Notes: generated from the letters alone by a model not told the origin. 64,000 nucleotides of DNA from Amoeboaphelidium protococcarum X5 (GCA_023515725.1 JALDTO010000215.1:335053-399052); one strand, 5' to 3'; numbered from the stretch's first letter, positions 40,335 through 54,272 are shown. Numbers and translations are program-made.

Positions 40335-41917
40335 ATGAAAAGCTTGATATATAGTCTATTTTGGCCTCTAGTGTTGTCTTCTCCCCTGTAGCTTATCAGC
40401 ACCAATGGGTAATCCTCCACAAGTTAAGCTGGACTGATGCAAACACTATATGCTTCTGACGTTGCATAGCAGTAGCAATACGACAGTTTTATGGCCACCA
40501 ACTTTTCGATAAATGTCATCGATTACTTCTTTGACGGTGAAGTGCGTAATTTAAACAAGTATCTATCTGCCTAATTTGATTTGATTCCGAAACAGGTATT
40601 ACTCATATCAGTCAGTTGTCTTATAATTTATGCGCTTTATACTCTGTGATGTAGAACAGAAAATTTGTAAAGGTTGAAGATGTGAGTAAATACTATAATC
40701 ATTCTGGATCGCGAAATTCAGAGTGGTCTCAGGGAGATCTTGACTCGATCTGGAGCGAGTTTAAGCTGATGGATCATAATAACGATACCACGGTCACCAG
40801 GAGGGAGTATGTGAATTATTTATCGGAGTAGATACCGAAGGAAGGAGCTTAAGTGGCGCCATCTGTCTGTCTTGCTACAGAAGATCGCATACGACGAATG
40901 TGTCTTGCTACAGTCAACGCGAACAACAATCTTAATGGTTTGAACTTGGCAGTGACCGTGCAGCGATTAAAATGTTTCACCGGAATTTCGTCCGTCTTCA
41001 AGTACACTGCGGAGAGATGTGTTGCGTAGGCCTAGTCATGTTCTGCTGTTCAGAGCTGCTTTGAACATTATTATCTGTCTAATATTCCTGAAGACGTATT
41101 GATGCGCTTACCGAAACTGACTGGTCCGCCAGCTAATGACACAATGAGAGTTGTAGGAGAACACATTGCGATTGGTGGTTATTATGCTGCGTTACTGGCA
41201 ACTTCAATTGCTGGCTTTTTTATTGCCTTCCCATATTCACTGCTCACAATGATTCCGACAACGACTGTTGGTTTGACAGGAATGATAATAGCTATCCCTC
41301 ATCGCGTCAACACCAGGATTGCTAATAAGATGGCCCTCGCAAAATGGGATCCGACTAATGATGGATTCGGAATATTTGACAAGATTGCAAATAAGACCAA
41401 CATTCTTGCTCCCAATCCGCCGCCACCTCCTAAGCCCGAGTGTGACGTGTATCTATACTGGAGCCAGTCATGCGCTGCGGTCTCATCGCCTGAGAGCAGA
41501 GTTTGCAGCGACGGTGGATTATTAGTGGTGCGTGATAGCTGCAAAACTCACTTCTCTGCTGCTAGTAAGTCATGTGGAAAGATGCAAAGCTATGGTTGTC
41601 ATTCTTTGTGTTATAATTCTGAATTGAGATCATGTACTGGGGAATATAATTACATGGACATTCCGTGCTCTGCTGCTATTCCGGACGATCTTGATCCAGA
41701 GATAAATCCAATTTTGACCGTTGGCTCTTTTCGTCAATGTTAACAACTTTGCAATGAATCGTTACAAAAGAATGGTACGTCGTGTGGTGCGTTTACTTTT
41801 ATAGGTAGTGAATGGAATGAGGACACGTCTAAGTGCATCCTCTATGATGAGTCTCGCGCTCCTGATATGTTATCTTATCCTGTAGCCACTGGATGCGTAT
41901 TTGCTGCTCCCAAATGA
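40335..41917 (+). CDS. Secreted or membrane protein (507 aa): EF-hand, hydrophobic hairpin, Cys-rich region, PAN/apple-like C-terminus (intron 40596-40654)
   Basis: Signal-like N-terminus; EF loop DHNNDTTVTRRE; about 45-aa hydrophobic stretch; CQQLC...CGAFTF...CILY. Confidence 0.75.
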
Positions 41918-42333
41918 TGAACAATGAATGAACAATGATACCCAAGAATGTAATGTCTTTTGAATTAAATATTTTTATTATTTTTCTTTTACATACATTG
42001 TTAAATACAAAGTAATGTTAATACGCACACCTTTTGTGTAGACAAAAAGTATTGTAACAATAATAATAATAATAATCTATTTTTACAAGAAGCTGAATCA
42101 CAAGGTTTGCCTTCTACTGATCATATCTATAGAGATTTGGGATCAGCACCGTTTAACGAAAGCAGCTCAGATGCGCTGCTCGTAAGACCAAACAAGCACA
42201 GTGTCTCCACCGAGCCTGGGCAGCTCTTTACGCGCCCAACGTGTTCATCTTCTGCTTTTCTTAAAGATAGTTTATGTATCCTACTCATTCTTTCTCATCC
42301 TTCTTCTACTACAACTACTCGGGATGATGAGTT

Positions 42334-42865
42334 TCACCACGAGACTTGTAACAATGATTCAAGCTAAAACGTCAATGTACATGGGCTTTGACGCATTCGA
42401 CAGAGGACTCTTGATTGCTTCATTTTCTTCAGCCACAGCAGGGTACGACTGAGTTTTGTTGTACGTAGTTCAGGACGTGACATACGTGATAAAGTCTTTT
42501 TTCTCTGGGCTTTAGCAAGTTGTTAGACTAACAACGCGTTAAAGCGTGCCAAAGAGGTGTTTGTCGTAACTAAAGAGGAATTTGCCGCAACCAGTGAGGA
42601 TACAGCAGTAACCAAAGAAGCATTTGACTATTCTAAAAAAGCATTGGTTTTTCCCAGTAACTAGTTCATTTGTTTCATAGTCACTAATTCAGCCTCTAGC
42701 TGGCTCAACTTAATGTGCACCAGATTTGGTTATAAGAATTTATACTGATTATACAGAGGTGGCTATCATATTTTCCCGGTTAGATAATCGAACAAGTCGA
42801 ACCTCCCAAGGCTGTTTTATGCGCCCGAATAAGGCCTAATACTATCCACAGAGACACTGGCCCAT
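42334..42865 (-). CDS. Hypothetical coiled-coil protein with an MGQCLC acylation-like start; gene structure uncertain
   Basis: Heptad-like LEQSNASLVTAVSSLVAANSSLVTTNTSL. Joining it to the MGQC start needs an atypical intron, and the 3' end is ambiguous. Confidence 0.3.
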
Positions 42866-43294
42866 TGGTATCCTTGTGCTATACTTCGAAATTACTGAGC
42901 ATTAAAGCATTATCTTAAGTAGTCGTGTTAATCGCGTTTGATCTAGAAGAAAATGATTGTTTCACTCGCGATAGAATTGATGCGTCATCATTGCGTATGA
43001 CATGGATTTTCGCGTCGTCGTCAAAACGAGTAGTCTTAGGTGCCATGATATTGATATTGATATAACGGCTTAACCGTTATATTAGGAAACGGAAAGAATG
43101 AGGGCGCATATTGCGACATTTTACGTCGAATATTCATCATAAAAACCTCTCCCGACCTGTAATTAGAACGTATAGAGAATAAGCAAATCTTGGGCTTCGT
43201 CAAAAGACTGAACTGAGTGAAACAGGTCGAGACAGTTCTTCCATTCCTTTTAATGAATTACTTCTTTACAGACGCTTAAACATTAACTATCAAG

Positions 43295-44458
43295 ATGTCA
43301 TTCACATCTAAATATCAAGAATATCTAATAACGAATAATGTTAGTGAATTTTCAGAGCTAGTTATTGAGCACAAGAAGTAGATAAAAATGCAAAAGAAGC
43401 CTGCATTGATGGTAAGTTGAGAGTTGAAACTTGTGTGGGTGATATTTGATAACGCAACTTACATGTAGATTGAATTTTTTAAAGAGTGTTTGTAAGTTTT
43501 TACGTCTGAACTAGAATTGAATGATAAATGGCGGACTGTACCTGCATGTTATCTGGAAATTGCAACTTAAGTTAAAGACCATACCAATGCTCTCATGATC
43601 AAGGACGCCCAATTCCAAATTATTCTGGCGTTTCAACTTCTACGTTCTCTCTACACTTTAAGTAAATCTGTAAAGCTTCAGTTCACGTAATCTTTGCTGA
43701 AAGGTCATGGAACTTTGGATATCTTTTTGCCCTACCATATTGAAGAGCTATTTGGAGTTATCACCGCGTACTTTAGTTGCAATTTTGAAGATGCATCTGC
43801 TAGTAATGAGTCTTTGAGTTATGAACACGAGCAATAATTCCTGGATAGAATACTGAAGAATCCTGCATATTCAGAAGGTAGATTGGAGTAGTTGCACCGT
43901 AATTTGGAGAGCAAATTCTCAACAAATCTCTTTTCACCTGCCAAGACACAGCCTGGCAAGAGATTCAAATCTTCAAGCAAGTAGAATCATTCACATAAAA
44001 GAAAGTTATTGGCCGACTCGGATCTAAACTGTTCCATAAATGAGAGTTTAATTGAATCCAATGCTGGTAAGTAGCGCGACACATCAAAGAGTAATTTATC
44101 TAAAGTGTAAACAATTACAATGTCAAAAGTTGTAAAAGCAAAGCATCAGTCTCCCACCGTTAAGAGTAGGCGTTCAGATAAGAAGATGCATTTATTCAGC
44201 GCGTCAAAATTCTATCAAGGCGACCAGGCACAGCATATCAAGAGGAAGCGGCTGTAAGATTTATTCGTTTCTGAGACTCCGGTAAAATTATCAGCCTCAA
44301 AATCTCACTCTAATAACAAGAAATCTCACAGTACATTGGCAAATGAGAATGCTACACCTGATAGAACAAGACCAATCAAGTCTGGGCTCTTTGTTGAATG
44401 CACTCCCATAAAGAGTTTCCAAGAGTTGCTTGCTGCTGAAACGCCGTATGAAAAGTGA
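43295..44458 (+). CDS. Sld3/Treslin-like replication initiation factor (368 aa; intron 43412-43468)
   Basis: KDAQFQIILAFQLL resembles the Sld3/Treslin Cdc45-binding core; basic tail with CDK sites VSETPVK, NATP, VECTPIK, AETP. Confidence 0.55.
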
Positions 44459-44764
44459 TCCCACTGATGATTGAATTGTATACTACTATATCGTACAGCA
44501 TAAGTAATCATTTTACCTCTATCTATCAAGTCCTTGCATCCATACGCTATAGGACGACAAAGCATTGTAGTGACCATACGCCTACCTACCTACCATTCCA
44601 TCTATCCATTCATAAATTCAATCGATCGCGCGCGTCGTTCGCCTTTTCCTGATCGACACGAACAAACGTTGCGACAACAACAGTTTGATTTTGATTTAGT
44701 AATCCGTGTCTAATCTACTCAGTACAACACAGATAAGAGAACCTATTATATTTGTAATAACAAC

Positions 44765-46541
44765 ATGCCCCAGATGAGTACTGAAGCAGTGTAAGTATTC
44801 TTGTATAATTTCACGTTTGTTCAATCTCTTCTATGTGTGAATCTATCGGTGTAGAGCTGATTTTGGTTTAATTGGTTTGGCCGTTATGGTATGCCCACTA
44901 TATTTAACTTGACTGTTCATTATTTACACGCACTGTCAATGTAGGGCCAAAACTTGATTTTGAATATGAATGATCACGGCTATGTGGTATGAATACACGC
45001 TCCAGTTTGGATAATGACGAGAAGTAAAATTGTTGTATGTAGGTGTGCGCTTACAACAGAACCGTGGAGAAGGTTGACCATTTCTTGCAGAACGAGGCCA
45101 AAGGTAATTTTCATTTAAATTATTGACTAAGAATCCAAATCTCAACTTTATACGTTATTGTGTGCGTAGGTACCAAGATTGTTGGCGCGCATAGTATCCA
45201 GGAGCTGTGCAAGAAGTTGAAGCGTCCGCGTAAAGTGATGCTCTTGGTGAAAGCTGGATAACCTGTTGATGACTTTATTTAATAGTTGGTGCCATATTTG
45301 GAGAAGGGTGACATTATTATTGATGGCGGCAACTCGTACTACATTGATACCATCAGACGCTGCAAGGACTTGGAGTCTAAGGGCTTTTTGTTCGTTGGCT
45401 GTGGTGTCTCCGGTGGCGAAGAAGGTGCTCGTTACGGCCCAAGTCTGATGCCTGGTGGTAGTCCTGACGCATGGTACGATATAAATACTCTTATCAGTTT
45501 AATTACAATACGCGCTATTGTATCACTATAACTTCTTGTTTATGTAGGCCTCATCTTAAGCCAATTCTGTAAGCTGTAGCCGCCAAGGTTGATGGAGAAC
45601 CGTGTTGCGACTGGGTTGGCGAGACGGGAGCCGGTCATTACGTCAAGATGGTCCATAATGGTATTGAGTATGGTGACATGCAGCTGACAGCTGAGGCTTA
45701 TCATCTGATGCGCGATGGATTGAAGATGACTTATGATGAGATGGCTTCCACTTTTGTTGAATGGAATAAGGGAGAATTGGATTCGTTCTTGATCGACATC
45801 ACCAAGGATATATTGGCATATCGTAAGGATGGATATCCTTTGGTGGAGAAGATACGCGATGCTGCCGGCTAGAAAGGTACTGGTAAGTGGACCGTGTAGA
45901 GCGCTCTTGATCAAGGCACACCTGTAACGTTGATTGGTGAGGCGGTATTTGCCAGATGTTTATCCTCGCTGAAGGATGAGCGTGTTCGTGCCAGCAAAAT
46001 CTTGAGTGGTCCTGAGACTCAGTTCTCTGGTGATAAGAAGCAGTTTGTGGAAGATATTCGCCAGGCTCTGTTTGCCTCCAAGATCATCTCGTATGCTCAA
46101 GGATTCATGTTGTTCAGAGAAGCTGCTAAGGAGCACAAGTGGAATCTCAACTTTGCCGGTATTGCCTTGATGTGGCGTGGTGGTTGTATCATTCGCAGCG
46201 CTTTCTTGAACGACATCAAGAATGCTTTCATGAAGAATAAGTAGTTGGAGTGCCTGCTGTATGATGATTTCTTTAAGAATGCCATCAATCGCTGTCAGAT
46301 GTCATGGCGCCGCGTGGTGTCTCAGGCATCACTTATTGGTATTCCAGTGCCAGCGTTCAGCACTGCTCTAGCATTCTATGATGGATATCGCACTGCACGT
46401 CTGCCTGCAAACTTGATCCAGGCTCAGCGTGACTATTTTGGTGCTCACACGTTCGAGCTGGTCGACCAACCTGGCACGTATGTTCATGAGAACTGGACTG
46501 GACGCGGTGGTAATGTCTCTGCCTCCACTTACAATGTGTGA
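44765..46541 (+). CDS. GND1: 6-phosphogluconate dehydrogenase (5 introns)
   Basis: [44 protein letters not shown] (Q=TAG), [10 protein letters not shown]. Confidence 0.98.
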
Positions 46542-46647
46542 TTTTATTGGTTGTACTTTGGAATGTCAACAGTAATGTAAGGCTTAAAGTGACAAGAAAT
46601 GAAATAAAAGTCAATCTTATAATTAATTACATGCTATTCTATTAAAT

Positions 46648-47589
46648 TCAAGCGATATTATTTAAACATTAGTTTATTGACAATAATGAAGAGCGACCAA
46701 TAATTCTCCTGCAAAGCATCTAGCTAAGTAAATCAGTCATCTATTAAGAAAGATTAATCTAATTACTGTTAGATCGTAACTAAATCAAGTTGCCAGCCAG
46801 TACATTCTTTGGATTACCATAGGGTGGTTAAGCGTGCAGCATTGTATATAGCACAGTGCCGAGAGCCCATATATCAGCCATTTCTGCAAAGTAAGGAGTG
46901 CCTAGCAGAACCTCAGGAGGAGCAAACTCCAGAGTGCCATAGAACCTGTCGAATGGTTTATTGTGATCAGCGACAATGTGTGCAGAGCCAAAGTCAATTA
47001 GTTTAACTTGGAAATCCTTGTCAACCACAATGTTCTCATCCTTGATATCCATGTGGTAGACGTTCATAGTCTTCAGATATGATAGAGCAGACACCACTTG
47101 ACGCATAATGTGGGCAGCCACAGACTCTTAAAGAGGACCAAGCTTCTCTATACATTCGAATAGGTCAGTAGATGACGTGGAAGACGTTGACGCTACAGAT
47201 TTCTCATCGTCCGAAGCCGACGATGATGATGATTGCGATGACGTATCGCTCTCAGCCAGCTGCTTAAGATTCCACTGGGAACCATGACCATGTAGCTCAG
47301 TGACAATGTAAAAATAGCGATCATCTTCGTGGAAATCAACCAGTTTTATAATGTTTGGATGACTTATCCTCCTAAGAACGTAAACCTCCATAGGCACACA
47401 TCGACAGGTTCCAGTTGACTCGTTCATCTCGATAGCCAGTCTAGAGTCGGGCACCTTGGACTTTCGCACAACCTTGATAGCACATGGAACACCATCAGAC
47501 CGCCGGCAGCCAGCATATACAGCACCAGTAGCACCCTTACCAAGCAGGTGATCAATAGCGTAGAGCTGAGACAAAATAGCAGAAGACAT
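46648..47589 (-). CDS. Ser/Thr protein kinase, PASK/PIM-like catalytic domain only (313 aa)
   Basis: GKGATG, AIK, VPMEV, DLFECIE, HMDIKDEN, LIDFGSA, FYGTLEFAPPE. Confidence 0.88.
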
Positions 47590-48412
47590 GATAAATAACG
47601 GATAATCAACCAACCAATAATAACTAGTGTATAATAATGTATAAATAACGTATATCAGAATCGTTCTCTCAAAGTATACGGAGCAGACTGGATTCAAAGC
47701 CTGTACTGTTTTCGACTATGTGTTTGTACTAAACACTATATGTACGTACACAAACACTGGAGCTATAAACCGAGTGTATGTGTGTGTATACGAGAGGATA
47801 TATATGCAGACTATATAAGTATATATAAATGAATAAATGATGTTCTTGTTCTAAACAGAGAGAGAGAGAAGACTCAGTGAATGAAGATGATGAAAGATGT
47901 GATGAGATGCGGCAGATTTGTTTTGTAAAGATCCATTTTGTGTCGGAGAGATCATTTTCGCCGTTCCAGACTGCATCGGAGATTCTGTGGTGACTCACTC
48001 CGACCAGAAAAGTCCCCGCAGACGATCCATCGCGATCCAAAATCTGCGGTGATTCACAAAAAAGGCCGATCAAGATAAGCGAGTATCTCGATGCGAGTCA
48101 TCTCAGTATGGGCGGACGTTGCGTTGAGGCTGCGGATTGCTGGTCTGGGCTTTCGGCTCGGATATCAGTGTGGGAATTACGTTTGAATATGATCATAGGT
48201 GATGATCATATCCGTGGTGTAATTAATTTCATCATAGTGCGACACGATGAATCACTAACTTAATTTATTCCCGGGCGTTCGTTTGTTCGACGATCGATAT
48301 TGAAGATCACTTGCAGATTGAAACAAGATTTTAGATTTACTTTCATCGCTGGGAATATATAGTGTGATATCATTATTTATTAGCCAAATGTTATTCACTG
48401 TTAGAATATACT

Positions 48413-51031
48413 TCAATTCTCCTGTCTCTTTGCTTTTCTAATCGCGTTTCTGGCCTCATCAACTAGCTTTTATGGCTCCAACTTGTACGTGTACAACTTC
48501 TCATTGGCATCCACGAGATTAAACATTCTCTCAGAGTAATGCATCGCCAAGTAGTATACTTTAGACAACTTGCCTCCATTGAATCTGATACACCTCTTCT
48601 GCATATCCATGGAACCCAAAAACTCCTGATTGTACAGCATTTTTAATGCAATCGACTTGACTTGAGATTCTGACATGTCAAATTTGGTCTAAAGGTCGGA
48701 TACACTCAGGGTGTCATAAAAATCGCCAGCTTTGAGCAGGTAAGTCTTCAGAGCCTGAGTTTTGATATTCTTGGTCAAGTGAGACTTCACTTCATCGCGA
48801 TCGCTTAGGGTATTCCACACCTTGAGACCACATAACAAGTCTGAACAACCGCGCCAGTCGCCATCAGCCAACAGTCTCGCAGCTTCAAATACGGAATCGC
48901 GAAAACTCTCGGCCGGTCCACGCGTTAGTGAAGACGCGTATTGGTCATATAATCTCTTGAAATGTCTGCTGTAGAATCTCTTTCTCAGCTCATAAGATTG
49001 TGCAGACATTTAAGGAATTTCAAGCAGCAGAGTCACAGAGAGCTAGATGACTTCCAACAATTCCAAGTCAATGTGCTGGTGGAATGGAAGAACGCCAACC
49101 TTCTCCCTCTTGGTATCCTACTCCAATGCCAAATACTTGCTCAGCTAAGTACCTTGAGCCAGCAAATCTTTCGTTTTCAGAGAGCCCATAATGTCGTTGA
49201 GAGCATTGTAAGACTCTTGGAAATGGCCCAATCTGAAGGCAGCAATACCAATCTAAGCCATAACACGATTGAACAAAACCTGAGTACTAAGCTCTTGTGT
49301 AGATATGGTATCGCCCAGCTGAAAAGATAATAACAAATTTCTCGCCTGTTAATACTTGCCGTGTAATGCCAGATAGTACGCATGCTACAACAACACCTTG
49401 ACTCTGATTTTATCTTATGAATGACTAATGACGCTAGAACATATTTGGTGGATATAATTATCAGCAGCAGCAGTATCTCTCACTTTCAAATCCAACTTCA
49501 CGATAAGATCATTCTTCTTGTAATACAAGTGATCCAACTTCAGAATCTACAAGAGCACAACATCATCCTTATCCTATCTAGACTGACAGTAGGCTTCAGT
49601 TCTGCAAATCATCTAATACATCGATGCCTCTTCACTCAATCGCTTGATATACTCCGTCAATGTGGATGCACCGGCTTGCAAATTCTTTTCAAACTCATTA
49701 TCCAATCTGCTTATAATTGACACCAGATTTCCCTTTATAACACGACGGTTCTGAGTTGTCTCATCCTCATCTTTCGCTTCAAACCACTCTTCACCATTTT
49801 CACTCAGAGATAAATGCTGATTCTGCTCCAATGCATCCAATAGCTGAGATACTTCCTACTTGATTCTAAGCACATTCTCAACACTCATGTTAACATTGGT
49901 GACAACATTGAAATCAAGCCTGGCAGATATTAGAGAGAGCAAGACTTTCACCTTCTTCACAGGATTGTCAGCCATGGCCAACATCAGTTCCAGCTGCTTC
50001 ATCTATGCAACCTTGTCCGTTCCCTTCTTGCCGCGAGATTCCAGAAGTATACGCAGACGCTCATACAAATTCTCAGGCGTCAATTCTTCAACCTTCTTCT
50101 CCGGCTATTACTATTGCTACTTCTAATCGCCACCTTCCTCTGACTTCTGCGCTGCTGCAGATGGTTTGGTAACCTGCTTAGTCTTCTTAGCGGGTGCGGC
50201 TGATGGAGTCTTTGCAAAAGCAGATGGAGTGGTGGATGTAGTCTTTTTCCATCTAGAAGCTATGCCGCCATCCTACTTTTAACTATCCTTCTACACGGAC
50301 TCATCTTCATCAGACTCCTCTTCCTCAGTCTCTTCCTCTTCATCTTCACTCTCAGTCTCACTAACAGACTTGAAGAAGGCATTGCCACCAGACTGTTTCT
50401 TCTTAGGAGCCAGTTCATCAGCAGAAGTCTCCTCTTCCGATTCAGAACTATCCATCTGACGCGATGATGCACCGGAAGCCTTATAAGACGCAAGTTCGTC
50501 CTCCAGTGGCTACATCACCTTTCTCACCTTGGTCTTGATGGCGACAACACTCTTCTAATCGGCAGAGTTGAGAGAAGACTACTTACTATCCTGACCAAGA
50601 ATATCCTTGGCATACGCATCCAAATCCAAAAGACACTACAGGAACAGTCTAGGATATCCATGATCTCTGATAATGTTATTCAAATGCTTATTGATGAGTT
50701 TCATCAGACGATCAAATTCAGAGACAACTCTGGCGTATTCATCTTCATCCATAGACGCGTCAATACTGCCGACAATGGCTTTGACTTCATCATCAAACTT
50801 GTCTTTGGCACTCTTCACCACTCTCTTTCTACCATCATCAGAGTCATCGTCACTGTCAGCCTCATTGCGGAGAAACTTGCTAAATGCAGAAGTCTTCTAT
50901 GGCTATTGTTGGGATTACTACTACTACTATTGTACTTCTTGTTCATCAACCGAGAATTCGCTCTCAGTCTCGCTCTCAGTAAAACTATCACTCTCAGAGT
51001 CACTAGCACCACCTCTAAAAAATCTTGACAT
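48413..51031 (-). CDS. NIP1: Translation initiation factor eIF3 subunit c
   Basis: MSRFF start, VVKSAKDK, ESRGKKGTD, QVLFNRVMAQIGIAAFRLG, PFHQHIDLELLE, C-terminal PCI domain. Confidence 0.95.
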
Positions 51032-51423
51032 ACTGTACTTCCTATTATTCGGCGACTAAAAGTATTGATAAATGGGAATTAATTATTGAAATATAAGAGA
51101 TAGTTCTCTTTTAGATCACAGATTGATGTCACCAGAACGAGAGAAGTTGCGCGCGAAAAGAGAAAAACGAAAAAGTGACCGAAATCCGTCGACTCACACG
51201 CGACAACAACTTTGATGCTTCTGAAAGTGGATGTGTGTTGAATACCGCAGTCATGTTTGTACTGTACAATTTAATTAACTCTGTTCTCTTTATTAGTTTT
51301 CTCTGTTATAAAAAGGCCGCACCCCGGCTGAACAGATGGAGCTGTTCTGGCTGCAAATGAGCTCGCCTATGTCAACTTAGGCAATCCAATGGATACTAGA
51401 GATATGGCTAATGGGATGTTTAG

Positions 51424-52307
51424 ATGATGAGGGCAGTATTTTTAGATACTGAGTCTGAGTCCGATAGAAGCGGATCACCTGTGGCGCAAAGACAAAGCCG
51501 GTAGTAGTGGAGTAATGATCGCCCGGCAAGTAACTTTAGTAGATGGTAGCCATCGAACTTGGGTCAGGGGAGTTCATCCTAGCGTCAAGCGGCCACTCCT
51601 AGCCGCTCCCCTCTCCAGTAATAAGACGATGTACTTGCTAGATTAGAAGCAGCAGAAAGGTCTGAGTAGGAGGAGAGAGATTCAATCTACGCTGAGAGAG
51701 AGCGTTTAGAGAGAATCGAAGAAATAGAAGACAGATTGAGAGAGAGGGATGAGATAATTTGTCAGCAAAGACTGGAAGATGACGAATCTGTATCAAGTGA
51801 ATTATGGAGGACTCTAACATGCCTATTCATCACTCGTACAATATTCCGCCATCAGATCACATTTGGCATTATCCTGATGAGTGGGCTCTGGAACAAGGCC
51901 TCCGTCGATACGGCATGCATCATAATAAGTATGAAATCATGATGCATGATTATGACCTGGGAGACTTGACCACCTATGAGGTGGAGGAATTGCAGCGCAA
52001 GGCGGTGGAAGTGTTGCGCTAGATGGTGAGTGTTGGCCGCTCTATGGAGCAGATGGGTGGATTCATCGTCGCTGCTAACTGCGTTGATGAATACATCCAC
52101 GACTGCTACTATCCTCGCCAGATGGCGGAGGAGTATAAAGTGTTTGCTGCTGAGAAGGAAGCTTATTTGGCAACTGTTCTCCCTCTAAATGTGGCAAATG
52201 GTGATACTCTCCCCTCTCCGCTGCCTTGGAAATTACCTACTTCTCCTCCTACTCTCTCCGAAATCTAGGAATATATGCAGGGGGAACGTAATATAGAAGT
52301 ATGCTGA
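51424..52307 (+). pseudogene. Two overlapping out-of-frame ORFs (51424-51942 and 51804-52307); frameshifted gene or remnant
   Basis: Protein-like composition switches frame near 51800 and no canonical intron is evident. Confidence 0.35.
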
Positions 52308-53105
52308 CTGGGATACTGATCACCCTTGAATTCGAATATAGTATATGCGTTACTGTATAGATGAAATTATTTTCTTAGAACTTTAGTTCGGTTACTAAAG
52401 CTTCATCAGATTAATCGTTCTATTTGGCGTAAATGACGCGATCATTAATGTCCATGTGCAATCATGTTCTCACAATCAGTCAATTTAAAAAAATTTCTAG
52501 TTACAAATATAAAGAGATAAAACGAACTAGAAAGCTGATCACAGCAGATTCAGAGAGCGAAATTGAATGATAATTTTGTTAACATCTTCTCCTCTGAGGA
52601 CTCTGAATCTGCCTCTGAGGATGAGCTGGTGTCTCCTTCGCGTCCTATGGCTTATCGTCCTTCTCGTCCTTCTATCCGTCTGGAATAGGCGCACCCTTCA
52701 TTGTCGTTGCCGTCCTTCTGGAGAAGGTATGGTAACTAGAAAGGTGACTTTTATATTTACCATTCACCGTAATTAGGAGTCAATCCTACGCGGCCGCCTA
52801 TGAAGGTACGCGCCACTAGAGTGACGATATGAGCACCCACAGCTGCCTACCATCAAATACTAAAAGACGCGCATGATCTTGAACCATCCAATCAGCGTAC
52901 TTGACAGGCTTTCCTTCCTCAATGTTCAAATTTCTTTTCAGTTTCATCTCAGCCAGTCAGTCGCGTAAATTTTAGTCTTTCACAGCCGTCAATCTTTTCT
53001 CTTTATCACAAAATTGTCAGAGAATTAACGCGATTATATCTGATAGGAATTATTATCATTGTCTTTCATTCCATCAGCTCGTAATAATTTAAAGTAATAT
53101 ATTGA

Positions 53106-54272
53106 ATGATGGTGGCGGGTACTAATTACGTTTAGAGTGCAGAAGATGAATAGGAGTGGCTATCTGCGTATTCGGCACTGATGAAAGGTTGGATTATAAG
53201 TGGAGTGTTTGCATGGCTCGCCATTGTGCTCTCTACCATACTCATATATAGACATTTGAAGAATTTTACAAAACCAGAGTACTAGCGACATATAGTGAGG
53301 ATTCTGCTCATGGTCCCTGTATATTCACTCTGTGCGTGGCTCAATTACAGATATGTGTCAATTGGATTGTGGTTGGATTTTATTCGATCCTGTTTTGAAG
53401 CTTTTGTTATTTATGAGTTCTTTGTGCTACTGCTTGCGTATTTGGGGGCAGATGAATAGGAGTAGAGGCGGTTGCTATCTAATAAATCTGAGATGAAGCA
53501 TTTGCCGCCATTCTAGTGTTATTACTATGATCCGTCGCGGCCTTATTTTCTCATGGACATAAAGTTGATGGTGCTCTAGTACGTGGTCATCTAGCCTCTG
53601 ACTGTTGTGATCTCAATATTCTTGGAAGCTTATGGTCTTTACCGGGCTGAATCCATGAGTCCAATGTATGGAAATTTCTGGATAGTCACCATTAACTTTA
53701 TATCCACGTCGCTGGCCATGTATGCTCTGATTATATTCTTTCTCACCATCAGAGATAACATTCGAGAGTATAAGCCCATAACTAAATTCCTATCTGTCAA
53801 ATTTATAGTCTTTATGACATTCTGGTAGTCATTGATTATTGGTGCTTGTGACTTCTTTGGCCTGATTCCAAACTCGATATATTACCCTTCGGCTAACATC
53901 AGTGTTGGTGTGCAGTCTTTATTGCTGTGTGTGGAAATGTTCCTAGCCTCAATTTGGCACCATTCCAATCTCTGCTTTGGTGTCGGCGACTTCAAGATGG
54001 ACAGCCGGAGTGGTGAGGGGACGGACGCGTATGATAGTCTAAAGCAGTGTTTTGATCCCACAGATACCATGAAGGAGATTGTTAAAGGCTCTAAGCACAT
54101 TTTAAGGCGATTCTGGATATACATGAGACGTCCACATACAGAACTCCCTCAAGATGATGTTATAGACTTGTCCATTGCCGTGGATCTGGAGGAGAGGAAT
54201 CTTATGTCGGCATAGAACAAGGAAGTGATGAGCTTGACTAGCAATCCAGTACTTTAAAGAAACTATGATTGA
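53106..54272 (+). CDS. TMEM184/OST-alpha family membrane protein
   Basis: HLKNFTKPEYQRHIVRILLMVPVYS, YKPITKFLSVKFIVFMTFWQ, QSLLLCVEMF. Confidence 0.92.
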
